The translations under genes were made by a program, and so were the position numbers. A model generated the notes under the pieces. The model had not been told where the DNA came from and did not search any database. It saw nothing but the letters and a program-made list of their open reading frames with translations. Below, in pieces: positions 10,041-19,651 of a stretch of DNA of 64,000 bases. Source of the stretch: Candidatus Bathyarchaeota archaeon (GTDB lineage Archaea; Thermoproteota; Bathyarchaeia; Bathyarchaeales; Bathycorpusculaceae); assembly GCA_963832745.1 (NCBI GenBank), contig CAWHVC010000001.1, forward strand, positions 320,001 to 384,000, given 5' to 3'. Position 1 is the stretch's first letter. Each line of letters begins with the position of its first letter.

Positions 10041-10394
10041 TTAAGAATCATAAATTTTATCACATACAGCACTTAACACATTTTTGGAATGCCTTATTGT
10101 TTCCATAGCAACGTGGCCTTTCTCGGTTAGTTTATAAACTGTTTTCCGCCCGTCAGTTTCACCATAAATCAAACCTTTTCGCTCAATAGCATAAAGTGTA
10201 GAATAGACTGTGCCTGGACTCATTGACTCTGAAAACTTGAGGTTAACTAAATCAATAATGTCATATCCACTGATGGATTCACGTTTTGACATTTCCATCA
10301 AAATGATGACGTTAAGAAATTCTCGGATAATTCTTGTTTTTATTGCCTCTAACGTGTATTCCGCAGGTAAAATGGCGTTTTGAAGGTTCGTCAA
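10041..10394 (-). CDS. PadR-family transcriptional regulator
   Basis: SGYDII...SPGTVYSTLYAIERKGLI...RKTVYKLTEKG. Confidence 0.88.
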   Translation of the reverse strand: MTNLQNAILPAEYTLEAIKTRIIREFLNVIILMEMSKRESISGYDIIDLVNLKFSESMSPGTVYSTLYAIERKGLIYGETDGRKTVYKLTEKGHVAMETIRHSKNVLSAVCDKIYDS

Positions 10395-10568
10395 GCAATC
10401 AAGCGTCCTTTGGTAACAGGTGAATTATTTAACGCGGAGCGCTTTTAAAGTTATCGTGCGATAACTTGTTTGAAAGAAAAGTTTTTGAATCCTGCCCGAA
10501 TATGTTAAGAATAGATATTTTTGAAATAAACTGGATTTATTTCAAAAAAAATGAGTTGAAAATTGGGT

Positions 10569-11189
10569 TTAATAGTAGTAAGTCAATGTTACGGTGCCAT
10601 TGTTTGCTTCATTGCTGATATTACCAAGTTGAATGTCTATCGTGCCGGGAAGAATCGGGAAGTATGCCGTTCCATCGACGCCGACGGTGATTGTTTGATT
10701 GTAGTTTAATCCTGCATATGTGTAAGCTGCGTTAATGTAAGTACTGTTAGAAGATGATTGAACCTTTACTTCAACGTAACCTGCATAACCCAAAGTATCA
10801 TTCCAAAGGATAGTTGTTGTGTTTGCATCTTGAGTAAAAGATTGGCTATCTAATATTATTGCTGAATCGTTAAGGGCAAGAATGCTGGCGTAATTGCTGT
10901 TTTCGTCGGTTAATTCTGCTAGCTGCGTTTCGTAATCGGAGACTGAACTGTTAAGGGTGTTTAGCTGATTTTGGAGTATAGTTACTTTCGCGTTAAGGTT
11001 GGAAATTGTGGTTGTTTGTTCGGCTACTTGGTTTTCCAGGTCTGACATGTTTGTGCTGTCGAAAACTGTTCCATTTGCGACTGCCGCGGCTAAACCGGCT
11101 GCAAGTATAATGCAGACTACACCTAAAGCGAGTGCTATGTTTCTGTCAACAACTTTTCCGTTATTTGTTTCTGTCATTTTAGAGGTCAC
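10569..11189 (-). CDS. Membrane-anchored coiled-coil/beta-domain surface protein
   Basis: N-terminal TM (IALALGVVCIILAAGLAAAVA), heptad coiled coil, N/T/S-rich beta C-terminus with many NxT/S sequons. Confidence 0.75.
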   Translation of the reverse strand: MTSKMTETNNGKVVDRNIALALGVVCIILAAGLAAAVANGTVFDSTNMSDLENQVAEQTTTISNLNAKVTILQNQLNTLNSSVSDYETQLAELTDENSNYASILALNDSAIILDSQSFTQDANTTTILWNDTLGYAGYVEVKVQSSSNSTYINAAYTYAGLNYNQTITVGVDGTAYFPILPGTIDIQLGNISNEANNGTVTLTYYY

Positions 11190-11270
11190 TTTATTTTTCG
11201 TGTTTGTTTCTGCTATGGATAGGGATTTTTCTAAATGCCAGAGCAGTTGATGTAAAAATCAAAACCGTGT

Positions 11271-11312
11271 ATTAAGCGGTTTTTCCCAAATTGACCCCTA
11301 GTTAAACCCAAA
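11271..11312 (-). promoter_or_regulatory. Promoter with three 11-bp-phased boxes (TTTGGG tttaa CTAGGG gtcaa TTTGGG) upstream of TTAATA
   Basis: Read on the minus strand; the same motif occurs at 12203-12244 and 12953-12993. Confidence 0.6.
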
Positions 11313-11329
11313 ATATTAAAAAAAGAAGT

Positions 11330-11779
11330 TTAGTATTTTACGCTCAAATATAGCAGTACCGATAAAGCTGCAAACTCGAACAGGTCAGGCAAGACTATGA
11401 ATGGACCTAAACCCATCGGAAAGAAATGGAAGATGCTTGCTGTAAACGGACTTGAAAACAAATCTTTTAATAGAAATGCAAACCCGAAGATAAGCAGAGC
11501 AAAGGAGAATTCTGATTTTGTTTTTTTGTAGACGCTAATGAACGTAATTAGTAGGACAATTAATAATGCAACGTTTAAAGTTGAGACGATCGCATGTGCA
11601 ATGTAGAAGAATTCAAAATCGTAATAGAAGAAGGCTTGTCCTCCAGGGGGCTGTCTTTGTTCAACCGGCGTATAGAGTATGGATGCTGCCCAAAAAGCTG
11701 CAAACAAGCCAACCAATATAAGAATTGGAAGAAGTAATCCAATCTTGAATTTTATGTCACTTTTCATCTTGGTTTCCAC
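11330..11779 (-). CDS. 4-TM membrane protein, partner of the adjacent wHTH regulator
   Basis: Four hydrophobic segments; YKKTKSEFSFALLIF motif; co-oriented 19 nt downstream of the regulator. Confidence 0.75.
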   Translation of the reverse strand: METKMKSDIKFKIGLLLPILILVGLFAAFWAASILYTPVEQRQPPGGQAFFYYDFEFFYIAHAIVSTLNVALLIVLLITFISVYKKTKSEFSFALLIFGFAFLLKDLFSSPFTASIFHFFPMGLGPFIVLPDLFEFAALSVLLYLSVKY

Positions 11780-11798
11780 TTTTGCCTTGCCCCTTTTT

Positions 11799-12101
11799 CT
11801 ACTTTTTCCCTATTTTGCTGCTAATCTCCTCAAACAGGTTGTAATTGTCCTCCATCACTTGAGAAAGAAAATATGTTGCACCATATCGATCGCCGATTGA
11901 CGTGATCAAACGGTTTTTCTCCAGAACTTCCAAGTGGTGACGCATTGTTTTGTAATCCATGTTTAGCAACGTCGCAAGTTGGTTAGCATTTTGGGGTTTA
12001 TTTTTAAGGGCTTCAAAAATTTTTGCCCTAGTCGGCCCGCCGCGAGTGCCTGCGATTAACCATCCAAGCAGATACTTTAGTGAACGGGCGTTGCTAGACA
12101 T
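11799..12101 (-). CDS. ArsR-like winged helix-turn-helix regulator (archaeal GTRGG type)
   Basis: LGWLIAGTRGGPTRAKI...PQNANQLA...DYKTMRHHLEVL...YGATYFLS. Confidence 0.88.
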   Translation of the reverse strand: MSSNARSLKYLLGWLIAGTRGGPTRAKIFEALKNKPQNANQLATLLNMDYKTMRHHLEVLEKNRLITSIGDRYGATYFLSQVMEDNYNLFEEISSKIGKK

Positions 12102-12202
12102 TTTTTAACATCCTGTATAGGAAATCTTTGTTTCAACTTATTCTGATTAAGGTAATAAATGTCACCTTTTTTGTTTGTGTTATCTAGGCTTTTATGGCAA
12201 AA

Positions 12203-12244
12203 TTAGGAGTCAATTTGGGCTAAATATTGAAAAATGCCTTAATA
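12203..12244 (+). promoter_or_regulatory. Promoter with phased boxes (TTAGGA gtcaa TTTGGG ctaaa TATTGA) upstream of TTAATA
   Basis: Direct reading; shares the gtcaatttggg core with the other sites. Confidence 0.6.
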
Positions 12245-12285
12245 ATTTTCTGCGAACCCAGCTTTGTTTATGGAGGTGAACAAGC

Positions 12286-12834
12286 ATAGACACAAAAACA
12301 AAAGCGTTGACTTTAATTTCAGTGTTAGTTTTAGCCGCAGCCGCTACAACCCTGTTAGTTACAAATCAACTCAACGTTAACGCCGACACCAACAGCACAA
12401 GCACAGTAACCTCAGACGATTCAGCAACAAATACAAGCACAACCACAACAGTAGCTGACGACAATGCCAGTCAATACTTCTGCTTTGGTCATGGACGAAT
12501 GGGATTGATGACCATACAAGTAGAACATGGATTCGGAGGTCATGGACAGGTTCAAGTAAGCGATGAATTCAAAGAAAACGTCACCAGCATTGCGAGTGCT
12601 GATTCAGACGTACAAGACCTACTAAATAACGGATACAACGTGACCGCAGTAACTCCGATACTACAAAGCACTGTTGACGGAAACGGATACGTAACCACTA
12701 GAGCTTCAACTGCAATCCTCACCTTAACCAAAGACGACACAAACAGTTATGGCAGAGCACAGGTACTTGTTAACATTGACCAAGCCACAGTAACAAAAAT
12801 CTACACTGAAACAAGAACCCTAATAGAGAAGTAA
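12286..12834 (+). CDS. Secreted Thr/Ser-rich hypothetical protein, probable ATA start
   Basis: SD GGAGGTGA (12272-12279), then ATA GAC ACA AAA... in frame with the ORF-track ORF; signal peptide; Gly/His-rich linker. Confidence 0.75.
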   Translation: MDTKTKALTLISVLVLAAAATTLLVTNQLNVNADTNSTSTVTSDDSATNTSTTTTVADDNASQYFCFGHGRMGLMTIQVEHGFGGHGQVQVSDEFKENVTSIASADSDVQDLLNNGYNVTAVTPILQSTVDGNGYVTTRASTAILTLTKDDTNSYGRAQVLVNIDQATVTKIYTETRTLIEK

Positions 12835-12952
12835 CTTTAACCCAACCAATTTTTCTCTTCTTTCTCCATTATTCCCTTTAAAGTTCTTCTCTTTTTTTCA
12901 AAAAAATATTTCACGTAAACATTATGCGTTCTTTGCCGAGTTAAGGTTTGGA

Positions 12953-12993
12953 TTTGGGTTCAATTTGGGTATTATTTTGAAATTAATTTAATA
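12953..12993 (+). promoter_or_regulatory. Promoter with phased boxes (TTTGGG ttcaa TTTGGG tatta TTTTGA) upstream of TTTAATA
   Basis: Direct reading; third copy of the motif. Confidence 0.6.
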
Positions 12994-13019
12994 GCAAACC
13001 TGACCTTCAAGGGTCTTCA

Positions 13020-13150
13020 TGGCAGCCGAGAAGGTAAAAAACCCGTGTAAAGTTGCCGCAGACTCTCACCGTTTGAGTTTTGTGGCGTCGAACAAGCATC
13101 CTCCTCAGCACCTTCTCGGTTGCCAAACTTCAACCTAAAATATATGGTGA
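13020..13150 (+). ncRNA. Structured 5' leader RNA (candidate cis-regulatory element)
   Basis: 16-bp stem 13020-13035/13110-13125; inner hairpin 13055-13086 whose loop TCACCGT is complementary to SD ATGGTGA 13144-13150. Confidence 0.6.
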
Positions 13151-13156
13151 CCATTT

Positions 13157-14602
13157 TTGGGCGTACTAAACAGAGCTGTAAGAAATATTTCAAGAAGAAA
13201 AATTCGTGCTTCACTTGTAATAATTGCGTTGGCTTTTTCTATGGCCATTTTAATCTCGATACCTGCTGGAGTTATGGCTAATCAGGATGTTGCTCAATCT
13301 TTAAGCGACAACCTGAGTAGAACAATAACAGAGACAGGAGCATCCATTAATCAAACATTAACCCAGATAGATTGTACTTCGGAGCTTTCAGGATACGGTT
13401 TTAGACCTGCTGAATCAACAGGCAACTATAATCAAAGTGATAGACCCATGCCTTCTGGAGGATTTGGAGGCTCTGGTTTTGATCCAAGCCAGTTCGGTGG
13501 AGGTGGAATACCGGGACAATTTGGCGGCGGCTCCTTTGGCGGTGGTGAAGCTAATCCGATGAATCAGAGCTTGTATGACGATGTTTCAAGCATTAGTGGT
13601 GTTGCTGCTGTAGCACCCATTTTAGATGCGACTCAAGGTCAAAATGTAACTCAGGAGTTCATGGGCAGAAGCTTCACAAGAATCGTAGCGGATTACGTAA
13701 TTGAAGGCATACCACTGACTGAGGACCTCGTTAACTACAACATTTTACCAACTAATATTACAGAGGGCAGAAACCTGCAAGCTGGCGATAGCGGCGTAGT
13801 TGTTTTAAGTGAAAACAACACAGCATACTTCAACGCTGGCGTAGGCGATACAATATCAATTCTAGGTGAATCCTTCACTGTAGTAGGTATTCATGGGACA
13901 TCAGGCGTTTCAGACATCACTACGCTATACATGAACCTAACGGATGCTCAAACAATAACCAACAACACCGGTTACATAACAACATTAAGAGTGTTCGCCA
14001 CAGACAGTTCAGTAGTGTCACAAGTAGCAAGTGACATCAGCGCATTACACAGCGAATTAAACGTTCAAACAGCTCAAAGCACTCTGGAACGAATGCAAAG
14101 CCTGCAATCAAGCCAAACTACCGCAATAGAAAACGCTGAAGCATCACTTGCCCAAAGCCAAAGCACAGCCATTCAAGAAATCATCGTGGTAGTTCTCGCA
14201 ACTAGCTTAATCGTCCTATTCGTAATGCTCTACACTGTTCGTGAACGTACCAAAGAAATTGGCACACTCAAAGCAATCGGTTTCAGCAACCGCACTGTAA
14301 TGAGGCAATTTGTTTTAGAAGGCATCCTGTTGAGCGTTATCGCTGGAGCCATAGGCATTGCTATTGGAACATTCCTTGCGCCAACGCTATCTTCGCTACT
14401 ATTGCCAGCAATAAGCTCAGGAGCAACAGGAGCAGCTAGCCAATTCAGTCAAGCCACAATCCAAACCGCCGCGGTTTCGGTTACTCCGGAGTTGATGTTG
14501 CTTGTTTTCGGCTTCTCAATACTGCTTGGAACACTTGGCAGTTTGTATCCAGCTTGGAGAGCAGCAAAAATTAGACCAGCAGAGGCGATGAGATATGAGT
14601 GA
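13157..14602 (+). CDS. ABC transporter permease, MacB/FtsX family
   Basis: RNISRRKIRASL N-terminus, large extracytoplasmic domain, VRERTKEIGTLKAIGFS, YPAWRAAKIRPAEAMR. Confidence 0.92.
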   Translation: MGVLNRAVRNISRRKIRASLVIIALAFSMAILISIPAGVMANQDVAQSLSDNLSRTITETGASINQTLTQIDCTSELSGYGFRPAESTGNYNQSDRPMPSGGFGGSGFDPSQFGGGGIPGQFGGGSFGGGEANPMNQSLYDDVSSISGVAAVAPILDATQGQNVTQEFMGRSFTRIVADYVIEGIPLTEDLVNYNILPTNITEGRNLQAGDSGVVVLSENNTAYFNAGVGDTISILGESFTVVGIHGTSGVSDITTLYMNLTDAQTITNNTGYITTLRVFATDSSVVSQVASDISALHSELNVQTAQSTLERMQSLQSSQTTAIENAEASLAQSQSTAIQEIIVVVLATSLIVLFVMLYTVRERTKEIGTLKAIGFSNRTVMRQFVLEGILLSVIAGAIGIAIGTFLAPTLSSLLLPAISSGATGAASQFSQATIQTAAVSVTPELMLLVFGFSILLGTLGSLYPAWRAAKIRPAEAMRYE

Positions 14603-15359
14603 GATAGCATTAAAAATTGAAAAACTAACAAAAAGTTACATGCTTGGCAAACGTGAAGTCCAAGCGTTAACTAACCTTAATTTGGAAGTTAAAAAAGGTG
14701 AATTCGTATCCATCATGGGACCTTCCGGTTCAGGAAAAACCACACTGCTAAACGTTATTGGATGCATAGATAAAGCAACCAAAGGAAATGTAGTTTTAGA
14801 CGGCGTCGAAATTGACAAAATGCCTGAGAATGAACTCTACAAAATTCGCAGAGACAAAATGGGATTCATCTTCCAATCTTTCAACCTATTGCCGTACCTC
14901 AACGCCAGAGAAAACGTAGAATTACCAATGGAGCTAAAAACCTCATCTAAAGAGGCCAGAAGCAAAAGAGCAAGCGAACTGTTGGCGTTAGTTGGACTTT
15001 CCGGAAGAGAAAGCCATCGCCCACAAAGGTTAAGCCAAGGAGAACAACAACGCGTCGCCATCGCACGTGCACTCGCCAACGACCCAGCAATCATCTTAGC
15101 AGACGAACCTACAGGCAACTTAGATATTCAAAACAAGCAAGACATCATTAAACTGCTTGCAAACCTAAACATCAAACAGAAAACCACAATCATCATGGTT
15201 ACCCATGACAGTCAAGTTGCTTCTCACACTGAAAGAGTAGTCTTTCTTAAAGACGGCAAAATCTCAAAAGAAAGAGAAGGCCTACTGCTAAACAGGAAAC
15301 GTGAGGGTCAATTAAAACCCTATAAAGTAGAACAAGGAAAAGTGAAAGAAAATGTCTGA
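14595..15359 (+). CDS. ABC transporter ATP-binding protein, LolD/MacB type
   Basis: GPSGSGKT, GFIFQSFNL, LSQGEQQRVAIARAL, ILADEPTGNLD. Confidence 0.95.
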   Translation: MSEIALKIEKLTKSYMLGKREVQALTNLNLEVKKGEFVSIMGPSGSGKTTLLNVIGCIDKATKGNVVLDGVEIDKMPENELYKIRRDKMGFIFQSFNLLPYLNARENVELPMELKTSSKEARSKRASELLALVGLSGRESHRPQRLSQGEQQRVAIARALANDPAIILADEPTGNLDIQNKQDIIKLLANLNIKQKTTIIMVTHDSQVASHTERVVFLKDGKISKEREGLLLNRKREGQLKPYKVEQGKVKENV

Positions 15360-16740
15360 AACCCCTGAAAACCAAAACGCAGAAACAACGCAACCAATCG
15401 ATGAAGACCCAGCGGAACAAGCGACACATGCACCTGTTCAAGAAAACGAGTCGCCACAAAAAGCTTCAACGCCATCCTCTCAAGAATATTCACCTTTTTG
15501 GCCAACTGAGGAGCAGTCTCCTCCGCCACCGCCCCCGTCTTCGCCGTCTTCTTTATCACAACCTCATCAACATAAACATAGAAACACCAAAATAGTCATG
15601 GTAGCGCTTCTTGCTATTTGTTTGCTTGCTGGAAGTTTTATCGGGTACGCCTTAACCTATTCGACGCTTGACGGCAAAATTAATGACCTACAGTCTCAAC
15701 TGCAGTATTATCAGTCAAACGGGCAAACAGGCAATGTTGACACAGTTTCCAGCCTGAACTATACAGGTTCACTAGCCAGCTTGTATCAGAACGTTAAAGC
15801 TTCCGTTGTGGTTGTTCAGGACCTTGTGCCGCAATATAACATGTTTGGGTTCCTTGCCGGTTACGGTATCCAGCAGGGATCTGGTTTTGTAACCAGCGTC
15901 AACGGGCAACAAGTAATCGTGACAAACAATCACGTAATCGACACTGCAACAAACATTACTGTAACCTTTGCGGATGGCACCAGTTACACTGCAGAAGTTT
16001 TAGGCTCTGACGCAAATGCGGACCTTGCCGTTTTAAGCGTAGATTCATTACCCAGCGGCGTGCAGTCCCTAACAATGGTCAGTTCATCAACTTTAAACGT
16101 AGGAGACACCGTCGTCGCGGTAGGTTCACCGTACGGGCTTTCAGGAACCTTAACAACAGGCATCATCAGTGCGCTTGGAAGAACAATCGTTGAAGGAAGC
16201 AGCACAACAGGCATCGCCATCCCAGATACTATTCAAACAAGCACAGAAATCAACCCTGGAAACTCTGGAGGCCCACTCATCAACCTGCAAGGGCAAGTCG
16301 TAGGCATAACCACCGCGGCAGTCAGCGACTCACAGGGCTTAGGCTTCGCAATCCCATCAGACACAATTATACGCGAAATCGTCTCGCTCGTCAACACCGG
16401 TTCATACACTCAGCATCCATCATTAAACGCTCAAGGAACTGACATGAACCTACAAATCGCGCAAGCAATGGGAACCGATGTCACCTATGGATGGCTGGTA
16501 GAATCAACGCAACAAAACAGTGCACTTAAAGGCGGCACAACCCAAGCAACCATTCTCGGTGACCACGTAATCATCGGCGGAGACATCATAATCGGCGCAG
16601 GCAACAAAGTAATAACCAACTCAGATGATCTACTTACGTACTTGGAACAGAATACGTTGCCAGGGCAAAACGTAGATTTCACGGTGATTCGAGATGGACA
16701 GCAGCAGACTGTAACGGTGGAAATCGGCAGCCTAAGCTAA
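15352..16740 (+). CDS. htrA: Membrane-anchored HtrA/DegP-like serine protease with PDZ domain
   Basis: Catalytic triad motifs TNNHV, DLAVL, INPGNSGGPL; Pro-rich cytoplasmic N-tail, TM, C-terminal GGDII PDZ. Confidence 0.92.
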   Translation: MSETPENQNAETTQPIDEDPAEQATHAPVQENESPQKASTPSSQEYSPFWPTEEQSPPPPPPSSPSSLSQPHQHKHRNTKIVMVALLAICLLAGSFIGYALTYSTLDGKINDLQSQLQYYQSNGQTGNVDTVSSLNYTGSLASLYQNVKASVVVVQDLVPQYNMFGFLAGYGIQQGSGFVTSVNGQQVIVTNNHVIDTATNITVTFADGTSYTAEVLGSDANADLAVLSVDSLPSGVQSLTMVSSSTLNVGDTVVAVGSPYGLSGTLTTGIISALGRTIVEGSSTTGIAIPDTIQTSTEINPGNSGGPLINLQGQVVGITTAAVSDSQGLGFAIPSDTIIREIVSLVNTGSYTQHPSLNAQGTDMNLQIAQAMGTDVTYGWLVESTQQNSALKGGTTQATILGDHVIIGGDIIIGAGNKVITNSDDLLTYLEQNTLPGQNVDFTVIRDGQQQTVTVEIGSLS

Positions 16741-16849
16741 AACCAATCCACATTTCTTTTTATTTTTTAATTTAGAATTTGCTTGGAACGGTAGATGCTA
16801 ATGTTAAATTTTAAACCAAAAGCATATTGAAAACCGGTGATAAAAAAAA

Positions 16850-17371
16850 TTAATTCGGGGATAAGAAGCTTTCAATGTCCGCAATAAACTTCAGTGACTC
16901 TTCTTCTATCTGCCGGGTTAAAGCTTCTAAATTGCTGAAATCAGCGTTTTCAACCAAAACATGCTCAACGATTGAGTCAACACCGTTAAGGCTTAACGGA
17001 ACCTTGTACTTGTTGTAGTTTGCTTCTTTGAAGAGTTTCCAGTATTTTGCTTGAATAGTCTTGTTGTATCCTGCGAGCCAAATCTCGAATCTAAAAGCAT
17101 CATGTACAAACAGGAGTACAACTTTGAGTTTTTGTTGCTTCAAAGCTTTAGGAAAGAAGTAAAAATATGAATAATCCATTTGTCCTGGTTGAACGTTTCC
17201 TGAAACAAAAAAGTCAGGATACTTCTTTTCAAAATGCAGCCGTAAGTCGTCAAGGTAACCCATCAGCCCCTTGTAAGCCGTTTTAATGGTTTGCTTTGCC
17301 AGCTGATTTCTGTACTCTTTTAAGCCATTTAGAAAACCAAGCGGTGTTTCTGTTGTATCTTTAGCGTTCAA
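16850..17371 (-). CDS. Conserved hypothetical protein
   Basis: 173-aa clean ORF with GQMDYSYFYFFP and FEIWLAGYNK motifs. Confidence 0.7.
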   Translation of the reverse strand: MNAKDTTETPLGFLNGLKEYRNQLAKQTIKTAYKGLMGYLDDLRLHFEKKYPDFFVSGNVQPGQMDYSYFYFFPKALKQQKLKVVLLFVHDAFRFEIWLAGYNKTIQAKYWKLFKEANYNKYKVPLSLNGVDSIVEHVLVENADFSNLEALTRQIEEESLKFIADIESFLSPN

Positions 17372-17526
17372 TTTTTTCCCTAAAAGCTTTATGCGTCGAA
17401 CTAATTATAAACTTTTAACGTTAGATGGGCGCGTAAAGGTTTATTGACTAAACTTTTGCTTGAATTAGCGTATCCTTATATGCACCCAAAGCAGCCTATA
17501 TATAAATTCATAAAGAAGGTAAAGCC

Positions 17527-18246
17527 ATGTCCGCATTTGCAAGGCCAGGAGCATATGACTATAACGCAACAGTCTTTTCGCCAGATGGGCGTCTATATCA
17601 GGTTGAATACGCAATGGAGCTTGTCAACCGTGGAGCCACCATTTTAGGCATAAAATGTCCAGATGGCGTAGTATTAGCTTCAGAAGAAAACGCTGAAGCC
17701 CTTGAAAAGACAGACCATTCATTAAAAATCTTCTCGATAGATGACCACATTGGAGCTGCCATCGTAGGCTTAGGCAGTGACGCAAGAGTCTTAATTCAAA
17801 AAGCCCGTGAGGACGCCCAAAGCAACAAGTTAACCTATGATGAACCAGCCGACGTGGAAGTAATAACAAAAAGCGGCAGCGACCTACAACAAGTATACAC
17901 TCAACACGGTGGCGGTCGCCCATTCGGAACCGCTTTAATAATTGGCGGCGTTGACAGGACTGGACCACGTGTTTTCTGCACACATCCAAGCGGCACATAC
18001 AAAGCTTACAAAGCGGTGTCACTTGGCGCTGGAAGGGAAACTGTACAGGCACAGCTACCAGAGAATTATAAAGAAAACATGAGTCTTGACGAAACATTGA
18101 AACTTGCGGTTAAATGCCTCAAAAACTCTATGCAGGCAAGGCAAATGCCGGTTAAACTGACATTGGCAGTTATTTCAGCGGCTACAAAGAAAATGAAGCT
18201 GTTAACGGAAGCTGAAACTGAAAGCCTCATCAAAGAGGCACAATAA
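17527..18246 (+). CDS. psmA: 20S proteasome alpha subunit (probable paralog)
   Basis: YDYNATVFSPDGRLYQVEYA, KIFSIDDHIG, GLGSDAR, YTQHGGGRPFG; TATA (TATATAAA) just upstream. Confidence 0.93.
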   Translation: MSAFARPGAYDYNATVFSPDGRLYQVEYAMELVNRGATILGIKCPDGVVLASEENAEALEKTDHSLKIFSIDDHIGAAIVGLGSDARVLIQKAREDAQSNKLTYDEPADVEVITKSGSDLQQVYTQHGGGRPFGTALIIGGVDRTGPRVFCTHPSGTYKAYKAVSLGAGRETVQAQLPENYKENMSLDETLKLAVKCLKNSMQARQMPVKLTLAVISAATKKMKLLTEAETESLIKEAQ

Positions 18247-18303
18247 ACCCTTTTTCAAACTTAAACTAGTTTTTTTGCCTATGCAACATTTATAAATTTT
18301 TTA

Positions 18304-19475
18304 TCAACGTTTTTTTAAAAGAAAAATTACCAAACAAGCAACCACCACAACAATCAAAGCAAGAATTATCCAAATATAGGGTTCAATATTCCAAGAACCA
18401 TTAGCAACTTGGGAACCTGGAGTTGGCGTCGACAAAGTACCGTAACCAAGCGGTGTATATTGTTCATTAACGTTTAAAGCAGTTGAAGTTGAAGATGGAT
18501 CAAAACCGCCTATCGCATACAAAGTATCGTTCACGACTGCTACCCCAAAATCTTCTCGGATGTAGGCATAGCTGTACCATTTGCCCAAGCGTCAGTTTTA
18601 AGATCGTAAACTTGATTGAGAGACAACCTATAAGCTACCTCAGCTTTCAACCCTATAACATATAGCCGTTGAGGCGCATTAGCACCAGCAGTAACTCCAA
18701 CACCAGTTCCTTCCAAACCGATCGGACCATCACTGCCATAAGTAACACTGTTAGTTTCAGGGTCAAAAATCATTAATTGCTGTAATGAGTGAGAAGGAAT
18801 AGCTCCCATGTCATGCGAGCCAGTAGCAATTATTTTGCCATCAACAACCACTGAGTATCTTGGCGTTGGCATATACCCATTGTTTGACCATAAATTACTG
18901 GCGATATCATAAACGTAAATGGAACCTGCGCCCATAACGTAAATTTTGCCGTCTATTGCTTGGGCAGAAATCTGCATAGCCTCAACAGGCAAAGATGCTT
19001 TGGTTTCCCAAGTATCAGCAGCCGTATCATAAACCTCCAAGACATTAACCATCGTATAACCCTTAAAACCAGATGGATAACCAACATCATACACACCAGT
19101 TGCCCCACCTATGCAGTAGATTTTGCCCTGATAAGCAGCAACTGCAAAATAAGCCCTTGCAGTCGGCATAGAAGCCTTATAAACCCAAGAATCACTAACA
19201 GGGTCATACTGCTCATTAACCCCCAACACATCAGTAAGAGAATGATAACTTGAGCCAGTACCGCCAATAGCATAAATTTTGTTATCCACAGCCACAACAC
19301 CCAAACCAGAACGCGCCACATGCATCGACGCCTTAACAGCCCAAGAATCCTCAACAACCCCAAAAGCAAACACTGGCTTAAGAAAAACAGCAAACAAAGA
19401 CACAAACAACAACAAAACCAACAACACAACAATAGACTTGTTTGATGCCAGCAGCTTTTTGCTTGTTGCTTTCAC
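18304..19475 (-). pseudogene. Secreted Kelch-repeat protein with C-terminal TM, split by a 1-nt frameshift near 18558
   Basis: The Kelch repeat MPT(S)REDFGVAVVNDTLYAIGG is continuous across ORFs 18540..19475 and 18304..18588 if one base is restored (ACA TCC CGA). Confidence 0.8.
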
Positions 19476-19609
19476 TTGTTACATCTTCCTCTTTTGCCTA
19501 TAAACCCAAAGAACCTAATAAGTTTTAGCACAAAAAGGACAACCACAGGTTGCAAACCAAAAAGAGCAAAAAACACACAAAAAACCAAGCCCCTGCCTTA
19601 GTTAACCAA

Positions 19610-19637
19610 GCCTATTTGGAACATATAGGGGGTAGGC
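19610..19637 (+). repeat. Shortened copy of the dispersed CTATT...GGGGTAGG repeat
   Basis: GCCTATTTGGAACATATAGGGGGTAGGC. Confidence 0.45.
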
Positions 19638-19651
19638 AGGGTGAAACCAGC

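Noticed and set aside
19109-19432. Cys/Leu-rich ORF MLCCWFCCCLCLC...
   Set aside because: Alternative frame of the Kelch gene, produced by G/T-rich codon usage.
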